A DNA stretch of 64,000 nucleotides from the human T2T-CHM13v2.0 reference genome, Homo sapiens: assembly GCF_009914755.1 (NCBI RefSeq), contig NC_060932.1. One strand, written 5' to 3'. The position numbers were made by a program, and so were the translations under genes. Shown in pieces: positions 1 to 17,200 of the stretch (within the stretch, counting starts at the first letter, position 1; the number at the start of each line of letters is the position of its first letter). The notes under the pieces are model-generated. The model ran no database searches, was not told where the DNA came from, and worked only from the letters and a program-made list of their open reading frames with translations.

Positions 1-85
1 AACCTTAGAATAATTTTAAATTCCATTCCACTTTCACCATTCCTGAACTGCTTTGAATATATTGGAGGTTGGAAGCCATGAGAGG

Positions 86-185
86 CTTGCAATCCTGTCA
101 AGATAATAGGATTTTCCATTTATAGTGTAATCTGACTTGCAATCCCATCAAGATAATAGGATTTTCCATTTATAGTGTAATCTGA
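86..185. repeat. 50-bp tandem duplication (2 copies)
   Basis: 86-135 and 136-185 are identical except for 2 bases (aatcctgtca vs aatcccatca). Confidence 0.9.
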
Positions 186-652
186 TATATATTCGTTCTG
201 GTTTCATACTTTAAAAAAATCTATTCTCTTTTACTCTGTGGTGATCTTTGCTTTTCTATTTTTTCATTGCTAGAATGTGAGCTGCTGTTTCCCTAGCACC
301 TCAGATGTCATTCAACATTGTATAGCACTGGTGTTGAGAATTGAGAGAATCTACTAAATAATAGCACTTTTCGAGACTGCAGTTCTGAATTAAAAGGAAG
401 GGAAAGGACAGGCAAAACAATATAGACATCAGCTATTTTTACTGAAGATCTGTTGGAGAACATGGTTTTGTTGTCCAGGAACTTGAGACCTAATACTGCA
501 TTCCTAATACTTCACTAACGTGTGTCTAAATAGCCGTGAAAGGGCTAAGAAGTCACAAGTTGGCCTCTTAATTTTTACGGGTGCCCTTAAAATATTAAGG
601 TAATATTGAGGATGCAGAATGGCTCATTCCTCATGACTTTTTAAGAGATCTG

Positions 653-963
653 GGCCGGGCACGGTGGCTTACGCCTGTAATCCCAACACTTTGAGAGGCG
701 GAGGCTGGCGGATCACCTGAGGTCAGGAGTTCTAGACCAGCCCTACCAAAATGGAGAAACCCCGTCTCGACTAAAAATACAAAATTAGCCGAGCACGATG
801 GCGCATGCTTGTCATCCTAGCTACTCAGGAGGCTGAGGCTGGAGAATTGCTTGAACCCAGGAGGTGGAGGTTGCGGTGAGCCGACATCGCGCCACTGCAC
901 TCCAGCCTGGGCAACAGGAGTGAAACTCTACCAAAAAAAAAAAAAAAAAGAGAGAGAGAGAGA
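653..963 (+). mobile_element. Alu (AluS-type), full length, with poly(A) and (AG)n tail
   Basis: Starts GGCCGGGCACGGTGGC; dimeric structure with A-rich linker; A-tail at ~933-949. Confidence 0.95.
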
Positions 964-2501
964 CAACTGGAGGGAGATACTAAGCTGTGCAGGCTCTCAT
1001 CTTGAAGTCACCAAATACATAAGTTGTTATTTCTGCTCTGGTGAAAAGTTTGTCAATACATTTTTTTTCCATGAATTAATGAAAATTTTAGACCTATAAC
1101 ATAAGTTTTTAAAAGTTTCTCCTAAAGATTGCTTGTGTATGTATGTGGTTTAAAATATATTTAATCTCTACATCTTGAAATCGTTTTGATAGATTCCACA
1201 CAAGAGTCCTTTATGAAATAAGTATGCTTTAACTTTCTTATAATATTTGTCCTTTTTTGTCCCTGGCACGGTCTGTATATGACCAGTTAAATTACTTTTA
1301 GTTCATGTTTGGGTTATAATTACACACAAATATTCTCTAAAGCCCAAATCTTATTTTGATATTCGAGGAAGAGTTTACATGGTAATAATATTAAGGGTTA
1401 CAGCTGGTTACACTGAAGCTTTGTCGGCATTCTCTAATATCTTATTTTTTTTTGAAGGAATATCTGTTCTGCTTGAATTGTAGGCTACATAATACATGTA
1501 CTGTCAGGTACATTCATGGAAGGGACAGGCAGATGGAGTCATATGTTACTGGAGTCTTGATGAACAGATGTAGAAAATAGTTCAAGGAATAAGAAAAAAG
1601 TTGATATTGAAAAGTGCTTGTTGAAGTCTGTAAATGTGCATTAAATGTGGCAGTAAAAATAGACACAATGATGTTTGGGAACTGGGGTCTAAATGCTGGA
1701 GTCCCCAGAATCATAGAGAACCTTGGTTAGGGGAGTAATTTTGTCAAAAAGCAAGAAGAGGCAGTGACAGGCAGAATATAATTAAAAGTATTGCTGGGCC
1801 ATTTTCTAATTTTGTAATTTTGTCATATTATTCAAACCCTGTTGATCATTTATTAAATTGGTAAATAAATTATAATCAGCAGGATTATTATGAGGGTTAA
1901 ATAAGGAAATATATGTACATCTGTAAGCACAATGTCACAATTAATACAAAGTTACCCTTTTTATTTTTCCTGGACTTCATGTACAAATGGGTCAGTAAAT
2001 TTTTTGTTTATGACACATAATTATCACTTGCACATAAAATATATTTAATTATTTTTATATTTTTAGCAAGGAAATAATACATGCATGTTTCCCCCTGTCT
2101 CAAACACATACACTCATATAAACATATGCACCTATATACCTACATATCTATGTACGAATATATACATGGACATGGGTATTTCTCAGCAAATATGTATCAT
2201 GATAATCACAGATATTGCAGCTAACAAAGACTAATATAAACCATGATTGCAAGAATTTTAGATACCACGTTAGTGAAACATCAGATTGAGCTGCTAAATT
2301 TCTCCCACCCCTATGTCATTTTGTATTTTCTGAGCATCCTAGACGATTGTGACTGTATACACAGGACAGAAACACCATGACTCAGGGTACTCCTGCTAAT
2401 TTCCGACGCAGGAGATTTTAAGGGCTAGATTAGCAGGATGGGAGTGTTGACCCTCTAAGTGAAATAAATCCCTCAATTCATTATCCCCATCCTAAAACAG
2501 A

Positions 2502-2797
2502 TTTTTTTTTTTTTTGAGACAGAGTCTCACTCTGTCGCCATCGCTGGAGTGCAGTGGTGGGATCTCAGCTCACTGTAATCTCTGCCTCCTGGGTTCAAGA
2601 GATTCTCCTGCTTCAGCTTCCTGAGTAGCTGGGATTACAGGCAAGCACCACCATACCCAGTTAATTTTTGTGTTTTTAGTAAAGATGGGGTTTCACCATG
2701 TTGGCCAGGCTAGTCTCGAACCCTTGACCTCAGGTGATCCACCTGCCTTGGCCTCCCAAAGTGCTGGGATTACAGGCGTGAGCCACCGCACTCGACC
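2502..2797 (-). mobile_element. Alu (AluS-type)
   Basis: Poly(T) followed by the Alu reverse complement; target-site duplication (TSD) ctaaaacagatt on both sides. Confidence 0.95.
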
Positions 2798-3389
2798 CTA
2801 AAACAGATTCTTACTTGATTATTTCCACGTTCCAAGGGGAAATACAAAAGTCAGAGTTGAGTGAAAATAAAAGTGGAGTAAGGCTTCAGAAGGCTGTGGT
2901 GGGTGTTGGAGAAACGTTGCTAGGGCATAAAGCTAGGATAGTAAAATCTGAGAAATCCCAGTGTTTATCTATAGGTGGAAATCATATTCCACATGTGGAT
3001 GGAGTCAGGGATCCCTGTGTTTTAAAATCAGTGAGGGAATTGAATATCTGGACTTGTGCCAATTAACATACAAAACTCCGTGCTTTTGATGTTCTCATTC
3101 ACAAGATATCTGTGTTCCTTGTTTATTAGCAACCATAGTCATAGGCTTCCTAATTTTGACCACGGGAAAAGAGGAGAGGCCTCTGCGTGTTTGTGTCTGT
3201 TGGTTAGGCTGTGGTGCAGCTGGTGTCACACTTCAGTGAAAGTCTGGCTTTTCATCACAGGTTGATCTGAAAATTGTGCACAAGACTGGTGTCTCACATG
3301 TTCTTTCTCCAACCTCAGCTTTTCTTAGTGCCTAAAGTGTCTGCAAGTGGAAATCCAGAGGAAGACAGAGAGAAACTGAGTTCCTGACA

Positions 3390-8505
<5,116 letters not shown>

Positions 8506-10681
8506 TGACACAGTGTTAGGAATGACGAAGGTAAGGAATGTGGAAGAGACTTCAGCTGTAGTTGTAGCATCTAAACATGCCAAAGGACTCACATTTTGAA
8601 GAAATACTGTAATCAACATGGAAGATACTTCAGTTGCCTTTATTCTTCAGCCCACATCAATAAATTCATATGGAAGAGAAATTGTATGACATGTATGTAC
8701 CAAAGACTTGTTAGTGATCTGAGCATAAATGACATGAGAGAGCTGAAACTGTCAGCATAATCAACTAAAAGTCTTCAGCAACAGCTTTAACTTAAAACAT
8801 GTGGGACTTTCAGGTAGAGAATCTCTAACTCTGCATTCAGTGTGAAAATGTTTTTATTTGCAATTTATTGTCAAATAACATGAGAAAACTTTACTTGGAT
8901 GAACCCTTTATTTGTATTTTTCTGTGAATGAACATTCAGCCAAGCACCAGGCTTGATGTTCACAAGAGAAGAGTGACAAAATGCTGCTAAAATGGAAAAT
9001 AAGAGAGGAAAGCCTTCATAAGCTAAATAACAAGGGAAAGTCTTTCCAAGGGCAATGAATTCTCTTGGAATACCAAATACTTCTTACTGGAGAAGTTATG
9101 CAATGAAAAATCATGAGAAATCCTTTCTTCATAGAGCAACACATGTGGCACATGTGAGATTTCACACTGGACAAAACAGGGTTAGCATCTTGAAAGAAGA
9201 AAATTCTTTAGTGGTAATTCATTTCTTAGTTGACATTAAGTTTCTCACGTTGAGGAGCTATCAAACTTGAAAATCACTGTGGAGAAACCTGATAGATTTC
9301 TCATCAGAAAAGTGAGTCAAGAAGGTGGACCTCTAGAAAAAACTCTTAACACATACTTTAGCAAAATAATTCAGAAATTTGAGAAAATATCTATTCATAA
9401 AAATGTGGCATGTAAATGCATAATAGCAAAGTGACCAAGGAATAAATTGAATGCAGAATTATATAAGAAATCTCATTAAACTTTTCCAAAAGAGCAATAC
9501 TTACAAATATTGAAAGAATACAATCTGTTGTTGAAAAAACTTAGTATGTTGGTGAAGCCCTTGTTTCATTTATGCAGCCCTAACAAACTGATTTGCATCT
9601 GAACTCCTTGGGTGAGATTCTTGGTGGAGATTCTACCCCAACTTCTGAGTCTCCCCAGTCTTCAACAGCTCTTTCCTCACAGCTCACCTCCCTTTACTTC
9701 AACGTCCACCAAAACCACTTGTTTCCATCCAACCCTCGAGTTGACACACCAGGGATCTTCAGCCCCACTTGCTAGATTTCTCAGTTTGTCATTGCATAGA
9801 TTTAGCAGGGAAATGGAGGCTGTATCAAAGACCCCTAGTATATGCATTTGGGTGTCCCCAGCTCTTGCCTCTGTCTCTGAGCAGTTACCTGGGATCAGAG
9901 AATAAGGCAGCTCTTCTCTTCTATCCCTCAGAAGGCTCTTGAAATTTTGTCCCTGGAGCCTCTCTAACTGGAAGTAGCAGTTCATCTCATGACACCCCAC
10001 ATTTTATTCAGGTGAGTCCTGAGTTATTACACAGAGACAGACACAGCTGTGCTCCTTTTACTGCAGTCCAGAAGATAAAACACCAGCATGATAAAACAGC
10101 CGAACCTGTCAGCCACCTTGCAAGCCTTTTCTATATTTGATTCAATGTACTTTTCCCGAAGCAAAATGAAAGTTCTCACAGAGGGGCCCTCCTCTGCCTT
10201 GTCCTCAGAATTGGAAAATGTATTGTCCGTGAAGGAGCCTCACCACTGAACCTAAAACTCAAGAGAAAATGTTTCCTGAATATCAAGTGGGATGACTTGA
10301 AATTTTGTCAAACAGGCAGAATCTTAATACGATCGGCCTTACTAAGGCTAAATGGCCTTATCCATGGTTGAAATTGACACATCATCATATTAAAAAATCT
10401 CCACGAGTGATTGATTTTACTCTGCAGCCAGGGTTTATGTCAAGTGTGAGGATAATGAGCAAGAAATTCAAGCCCTTGGCAAACTGGTTGGAGAGGCAAG
10501 GACTGTGTCCAGGCAGAGCTCATATCATTATTTATTGTTTAATCTATTTAATTAAATATGTAATTTACCCACAAACTGTGGCTGACATTATATGTACTCC
10601 TGAGCCACATTAAGATGTACTATTTGTGCTGTGAAATTCTATGGGATTTGACAAATGCATGGTGGCAGATCTCCAGCGATT

Positions 10682-10687
10682 ATTAAA
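10682..10687 (+). terminator. Candidate distal poly(A) signal (ATTAAA) of ZNF705; more proximal AATAAA at 8659 and 9441
   Basis: Hexamer just upstream of the CpG island; assignment is inferred. Confidence 0.4.
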
Positions 10688-10899
10688 GCATAACACAGAA
10701 TGCTTCTCTTATTCAAGCTCGTCTTCCCTCCACATAGAGGGAATCAATCGACTTTTGTATACTGATTTTTGAATTTGCTTCTTTATTTCCATCTTCTTTA
10801 ATTAAAGCACAAGATATCGTACTCAATTTCCATTTGATCTTCCAAAAGAAAGTACTGAATAATCCACACCTGAATTTCAGTGATTCAGACTCAGGTCCA

Positions 10900-11530
10900 C
10901 CGCTAAGACCAAACGTCCTGTGCTGCCACCTCATGGCCGGCAGAGGGCAATGAAACCCACCTTTCCGGCCATGCAGGGCGCATGCGCGGTCTGCCTCCCG
11001 CGGCGGGCCGGGTCTCCAGGGAGGACCTGAGTTTTCTTCACCCATTGTCAGGGAGGCGCCATCGCCCTGGCTTTGGGGCTGGGGCCTCCGGGGAGGTTCC
11101 GGTAGGGGCGTTGGAGAGGCCGCTCTTTTTGCAAGGCCCGAGACGGCGGGCCTTGCGCAGGCCGCCCTATTCCGCGCCCTCAGGGCGTCAGTATCAGCCT
11201 GAGGCTGGATACCCCCGCTGGGCCCGGATGCCCCCGCTGGGCCCGGAGCATCCTCCGGCGCTGCCCTCCCAGAGCCACGCAGAGGCTGAGGTGGCGCGGG
11301 GGCGGCCCCGGCTCCGCGAGAAGCGGCGGCAGCGAGGGCTGGAGGACCCGGGCTGCGGGGCTCCGGGGCGTCTGGCCTGGGTGGGACTGAGCCCATCCAG
11401 GGACTGGGACTCCGGGGTTCTGGTGTAGGTGGATCCGGGGCAGGCTCAGGACCAAGTCCCTCTCCTTCCACCAAGGAGCGCCCAGAGGCCGGCGGGAGCT
11501 CCAGGTTCACCTCCTCCTCCTCCAGGTGTT
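10900..11530 (+). promoter_or_regulatory. CpG-island promoter with a perfect NRF1 palindrome GCGCATGCGC (10978-10987) and an ETS-like TTTCCGG
   Basis: Abrupt GC- and CpG-rich block in an AT-rich background; motifs read directly. Confidence 0.85.
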
Positions 11531-12600
11531 TACTTTTCCTTTATTTCTGTGAGGCCAGAAATTGTCGCCATCCTTCACATCGGTGAATAGGGACCCTAAC
11601 ACTCATTACCTCAGGTTTATTGTTATTGCCATTAACAGTGTTGGTGGCATTATCACTAAGATCATCATTGTTGTTATTATTGTCATTCATGATTATTAGC
11701 AGATGTGTTCATCATTTTGTCTCACTATGCATATATATATATATATATTTGGGATTGGTTTTGTATGACTTTGAATTGAGCTTCTTTAATCTTGACCAGT
11801 GTTGTCAGATTTCTGAAGAGCATTCCGGAGGACATCTCCTGCCTTTCAGCGCAGCCACAGAATTTCGTGGGCACAGGAGAGCACCTAGAATATTCCCCTT
11901 TCATTGCACAGCAGCTTTGGGAAATAGTGGCTGCCTGGCTCTGAGATGAGGTAGAAAAGACTGGATACTGGGGCAAGTGTTAGCACCACCACTGGTGTTT
12001 TTATGAAGCTAAGAGCACTGTCTCCCAAGTAGACTTAGAATAAAATCTGATGGCTCTAAAGGGCTATGGCTGCCCTTCCTGGGACTTCCTGGGAACCTTT
12101 AAACCTTCTGTGGTTCCTGGAGTAGGTGGGTTGCCAAGTCTGTGCCTCATATGGTAGCACCAGTCTTTTCTGGGCCAACAAGGGCACTTAGAATGTTTCC
12201 AGAAGCTCAGGCGTGCCGTCTCTGTTCCTCCCTTCTGTTCAATGGCAATTCCCTGGGTCCCTGGCTGTCATAGAACGTCCTGCAGAAGGTTGGGCTTGGG
12301 TGACTTCCTGGCCAGCCTTCTCAGGCAGTCATCTTTGAAAACCTTGAAGAGACTCACAGAGGCCATTCACTGGTATTTCATGACTGCGAGTGGGGTTTCT
12401 GGATCCTTGAGTTTACTTGGAATATTTGAATGGCTCTGAATGGCCAAGAAACCCTCCCTGGTCTTAGAAGCTGCCAAAAGCTATTACTGGGCCTCTGAAG
12501 AGACTTTAAAATTTTTCCAAGTACATTTGGGCATAGGAAACTTTTCCAGGTCTAGCTGAGCCAGCTCAGGTCGAGTCCTGAAAAACTGGTGGGTACTGGG

Positions 12601-14250
12601 GGATCTCATCTTATGAAAGAGCAATTGGTGGCAAAGCTGGGTCTCCAGGACAGCTGTGTGTGTATATGTCTGTAGAACATGCCTTGTAGTCATCTTTGGT
12701 AACTGAACACCATTTGTGAATGGATAAACTATATTCATTGCTGTACAATAATGAAAAATCCATATTAACAATGGCAGTAATAAAAATATTGATGGATATT
12801 AACAGGAATAATGATCATCATAATACTAGTACTAATGGTTTTAATAGTGATAATAATACTAACCCTATGGACTTGGGACATATAAGTTTTCCATAAGTGG
12901 ATAATAGGCATAAATATTTGGCTGTGTAGGGTTATTTCAAGTCCCAAAAAGCAAGGATGAACATCTAGAACGAGAAGAAAAACAATCTGGAGGTTAGTAT
13001 GTGCACACCTGGGGACTCCTGTGTTAACTTCTGGTGTTTCAGCCTAAGAGAGAATGTTAATATAACCCTGGTCCTGGAACACCATGCTGACCAACACCTA
13101 TCAGCTTTCAGGAGATAAGACAGCTGGCTGATGGGGCAGGGATCCAGAGAAGGCACGGGTCCACACCTGCATATGTTGCCCAGTGGCAGAGTTCATGACA
13201 AGCAATAAGCCCCAGGACAATGTCATTCCCAGCAACCTGGCTGTCATCTGTCTTTCATGGCCCCTCTCTACTGGTACCTCTAGACATTGGCATGTCCTCC
13301 AGAGGCTGTAGGAGGGCATGATACTCAGTACTCTCCCACCTGCAGGAGGCAAGAAAGATGGAAACAGCTAAATACCATGGCTTCTGGATTTTTTTTGGTG
13401 GGCATGGCATATTTTGCATTTGCTTTAATAATGTTGGAACCCAGTCAGTGGCTTGCAATACAGATCTAGATGACTCTGGACACCTGTAGAGATTTTGACA
13501 ATTTCCAGAAGGTCACAAGTTCTTGGAGGACTTTTTCATGAGTTCTTTGACTGAAAAGGTGGTTCAAAGAGCTTCTATACCGACTTAGAAAATGTTGCAG
13601 AGGCCAGGTGCGGCGCCTTATGCCTGTAATCCCAGAACTTTGGGAGGCCAACGCAGGTGGATCATGAGGTCAGGAGTTTGAGACCAGTCTGACTAACATG
13701 GTGAAACCCCCTCTCTACTGAAAATACAAAAATTAGCTGGGCGTGGTGACACGCACCTGTAATCCCAGCTACTCAGGAGGCTGAGGCAGGAGAATCGCTT
13801 GAACCTGGGAGTCGGAGGTTGCAGCGAGCCAAGATCGCGACACTGGACTCCAGCCTGAGTGACGGAGCGAGACTCTATCTCAAAAAATAAATAAATAAAT
13901 AAATAAAAAGGAAAAAAAAGAAAATGTTGCAGACACTCTGGTGAACAGGTAGGCCCTCTCCTGCCACTCCAGATAAAAGTTTCTTGGCCACAAACCTGAT
14001 TTAGCAATATCCCTTCATCTTAGGTGGGTAACAGAAAGCCATTCATGACCTATCCAAGCATGGAGAGGGGATTTGACTTAGAAAACTGTTAGGTGGACTA
14101 GTTGGTGAAAGAAAGTGCATTCTAGGGCTCACAGGCCTACACATAGAGTTGCTATCACATAAAGCATATGTACGAATTCTTTCTGAGCCCATGGCAAGAT
14201 GAGGGTGCACTTCATCAGTCTCCTATGCTGGTATGAATAGGTACTTGCCT
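12601..14250 (+). repeat. Old intra-locus duplication, copy 1 (paralog of 41827-43155)
   Basis: Collinear matching blocks, e.g. ctcatcttatgaaagagcaatt, taataatactaaccctatggacttgggac, gacttagaaaatgttgcaga, cacatagagttgct. Confidence 0.85.
13602..13918 (+). mobile_element. Alu (AluSg/Sc-like) with (TAAA)n tail
   Basis: Full dimer; perfect 15-bp TSD agaaaatgttgcaga at 13587-13601 and 13919-13933. Confidence 0.95.
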
Positions 14251-17200
14251 GAAAAATAAAAGAATAATTCAGGCAGCCCATTCTTCTACAGGACACCAAG
14301 CAGTACAGTAGGATTCCTGGGGTTGCTGTGGTATTTATGTTTTAAGGTTGTCTTTTAATCATCTTCAGCAAATTCAACAGTCTTCAAGAACATAAAACAA
14401 TTATTCAACATTGCATAAAAACGACCACAAATATATCCATGATAAAGAACTGTACCAATATAATAATAACATTAATAACAATCATAATGGTGATGATATA
14501 AATGTCAATTTAATGAAGAGAGTAATAGAAAAGCAGATATTTAAGAACATATTCCTGTAAGCCTGTGACAATGTTCCCATACGAACCCTCATGTTATTGA
14601 TTAGATGGAGAAGCTTAGGGCTACACCTTGAAATATCTTCTGTGATGGCAAAGAAGAATGGCAGTAGGGAGAATAATTCTGAGCCACATGAGAGCATGGG
14701 CAAAAGTGGAGATACCTGTGCCATGTGGAAATACATTACAAATGGACTATGGCAAAGGGTCTGGCCAGAGTCTTGCCTGACACAGGTCGTACAAAAGCCT
14801 TCAGTAGTTCACCCCAAGAAATAGCTGGTCCAGGCTGTAGATGAGAGACACTGGGCAGACAGATCCACACACGCCTCCTGAGTCTCAGAAGTCTGGTGTG
14901 CATCGAACATTAAGCCCCTAGCCTACTGAGACTTCACCTCCCAGCTGCTCTTCTACCATCTGATTCTTGAGCCCCATCACGTTAGTGTCATCTCCATACT
15001 GGAATTGCCAACAATGTCTGATGGAGGGTTTCACCCTGGATACTTGGTACCGGCAGTGTATGAAATACCAGAAGGGAGGCTCCAGGGCTTCCATAGAAGA
15101 CACATTCTAAAGTTACTCAGGTGATCAAATGGTCATCTCAGAGATTTTCAGTAGAACTGCAGTATTTTGTCAATACCTGAGTGAATGCAGAAACTATCCA
15201 GAGGCACGGGCATTCTAGGAAGCTCCCTATGTAAATCAAATACAAGGAATATCTACTTCTGGGCTCAAAAGCTAACTTAGAGAAAAAAAAAGTGAGATGC
15301 TGGCAGAAGGCAAATAACTCCACTTCAGTTCCCAAGAGAAAAATGGTTCTGTAATCTCTGAGTTTATTTGGAAAAATTTTGGAGCCTCAGGAAGACTGAG
15401 TATATCATTCCTGATGTTTCCAGGACAGATTGGACTGCTTAGGCCTTTGGGAATATTCTAAGTCCTCTCAGGTTTCCATGGGAGACTGTAACTCTACTCC
15501 TAGAGCTCACACCACCCCCGAGCAAGCTCATTGTTTTCTAAATATTCCAAGAAAGCCCATCCAGGGTATGCTTGTATTGGTGAGTTTCACTTTGGACTGG
15601 CAGGAGAAGACTGAGAATGATACATCCTGAGTTCACTTGGTAAAGGTAGGGGAGCCAAGAAGTCCAGATCTGGAGAGCACCTGAAACACCAGATGGCAGA
15701 AGGACAGTAAGGAGGTAAAGTCAGCTATGGAGTTGGAGCTTCATGTTTACTGCATGTAGGATTCTGAGTTCCAGGACTGATGGGCTGGTGGGGATCAGAG
15801 ACGTGTCTTCCTTGCAGGGAGCCAGGCCAAACCAGCCATCTGGTTGCACTACTGAAAGCTTTTGTGTGCCCAGTGGTGGGCAGGACACAAATCACAGTCC
15901 CTTCACCTCTGGCTGGTAGTTCTTGATGAGAGAGGTTTGCACACAAATGTTCATATTAGCCCATGGTCTCCTGCAGCTTGCTTTTCTTTCACCTCCTGTT
16001 TTTGATGTTTGCCATCATGGAACACATTTCATAGAGAAATTCTTTGACTCTGACTCCAAATTACACAAGGAGGACACAGTCTGTGAAGTTTTCATATATT
16101 TAGGGGAAGCTCCACATTAATTTTTGTATCCTTACATTTATATTGTCTCCAGTATTAAAATTCGTACTATTTAGGTCATTGAGTTCATTATCATGATTAT
16201 TAATTATTTTTCATATATCGTTTCTTTTTATTGATTAATTTTTGTGGCAGCTGTTATATAACAATCACTAGAGTTTCCCTATTCATGAAAGATGTCCAAG
16301 TTAATGGAGATCACTAGGAGTGTTACTTTACAGGTATGTAAATACAGACAATCTTGGCTGGACTGTGGCTATATTGTCTGGTGTCCCTTTGAGGGTGAAG
16401 CCTCTTGTATTATTCTAAGTGACCTCTGGAGAAAGCAACTGTCTCATAATTGCAGGGACGACTTGAGAAAGCATCCTGAGCCTATGCAGAAATGCAGAAA
16501 CACTTCCATGATCTAAACAACCTATGTGAAGGCCTGAAAGCCAAAGCAAGATCCTCTTATTACAAAGCTGTCCAACAAAATTTTTCCAAGTAACACTGGA
16601 GGTCCATCAGTCACTCTTCCTGGTCTGGAAATGCCAGAAATGTCCTCCTTGGTCCTTCTGAGAGTCAAGATCTTTTCAAAATCACCTCAGGAGCCACAGA
16701 ACCACTCCATCCTACCTGAAATTGCAGGATGACTCTTCTTTTGACCAGAATCTCAAAAATATATTCGTTGATAGTATTGATTCCTGGGAGCCGCCATTGC
16801 TTGCAAAAGATGTGCCAGAGACTAGACATTTTCTGTCTCCTCACTTGTCCAGGGAAGACCGAAGTTTTACTGAAACACAGCGATGGGAATCTGACCCTCT
16901 GAGCAGCTTCAGGATTTTCTAAGTCTTCCAAGCAGAGTGGAAATACTGGTGAGGACCCATTGCACCCCCTGATGGTCTGGAATCACATAGGATGATGCTT
17001 TCAAACAACTCTAGGTGAAGATATATTTTCTGAGATATTCCAAGGAGGAGGGACACAATTGGACCAGATGTTAGAAGGACAGCTGAGCATTAAGTGCCTA
17101 TGTAGTGTTTGCAGCTTAGTGTCCCATGCAGAAGGGGAACCTGGGCCCTGGTGTTAAAATTCAGTGTAATTCTGGGTTCCTGCTTTCCTTCCAGGAAATC

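Noticed and set aside
10713-11510. 265-aa Pro/Ala-rich ORF (and overlapping 148-aa and 91-aa ORFs)
   Set aside because: The long ORF has a non-ATG start; all are low complexity with no domain. Long ORFs are expected in stop-poor CpG islands.
12070-12560. ~85-bp periodicity as fossil zinc fingers
   Set aside because: No TGEKPY linker or Cys/His codon pattern on either strand.
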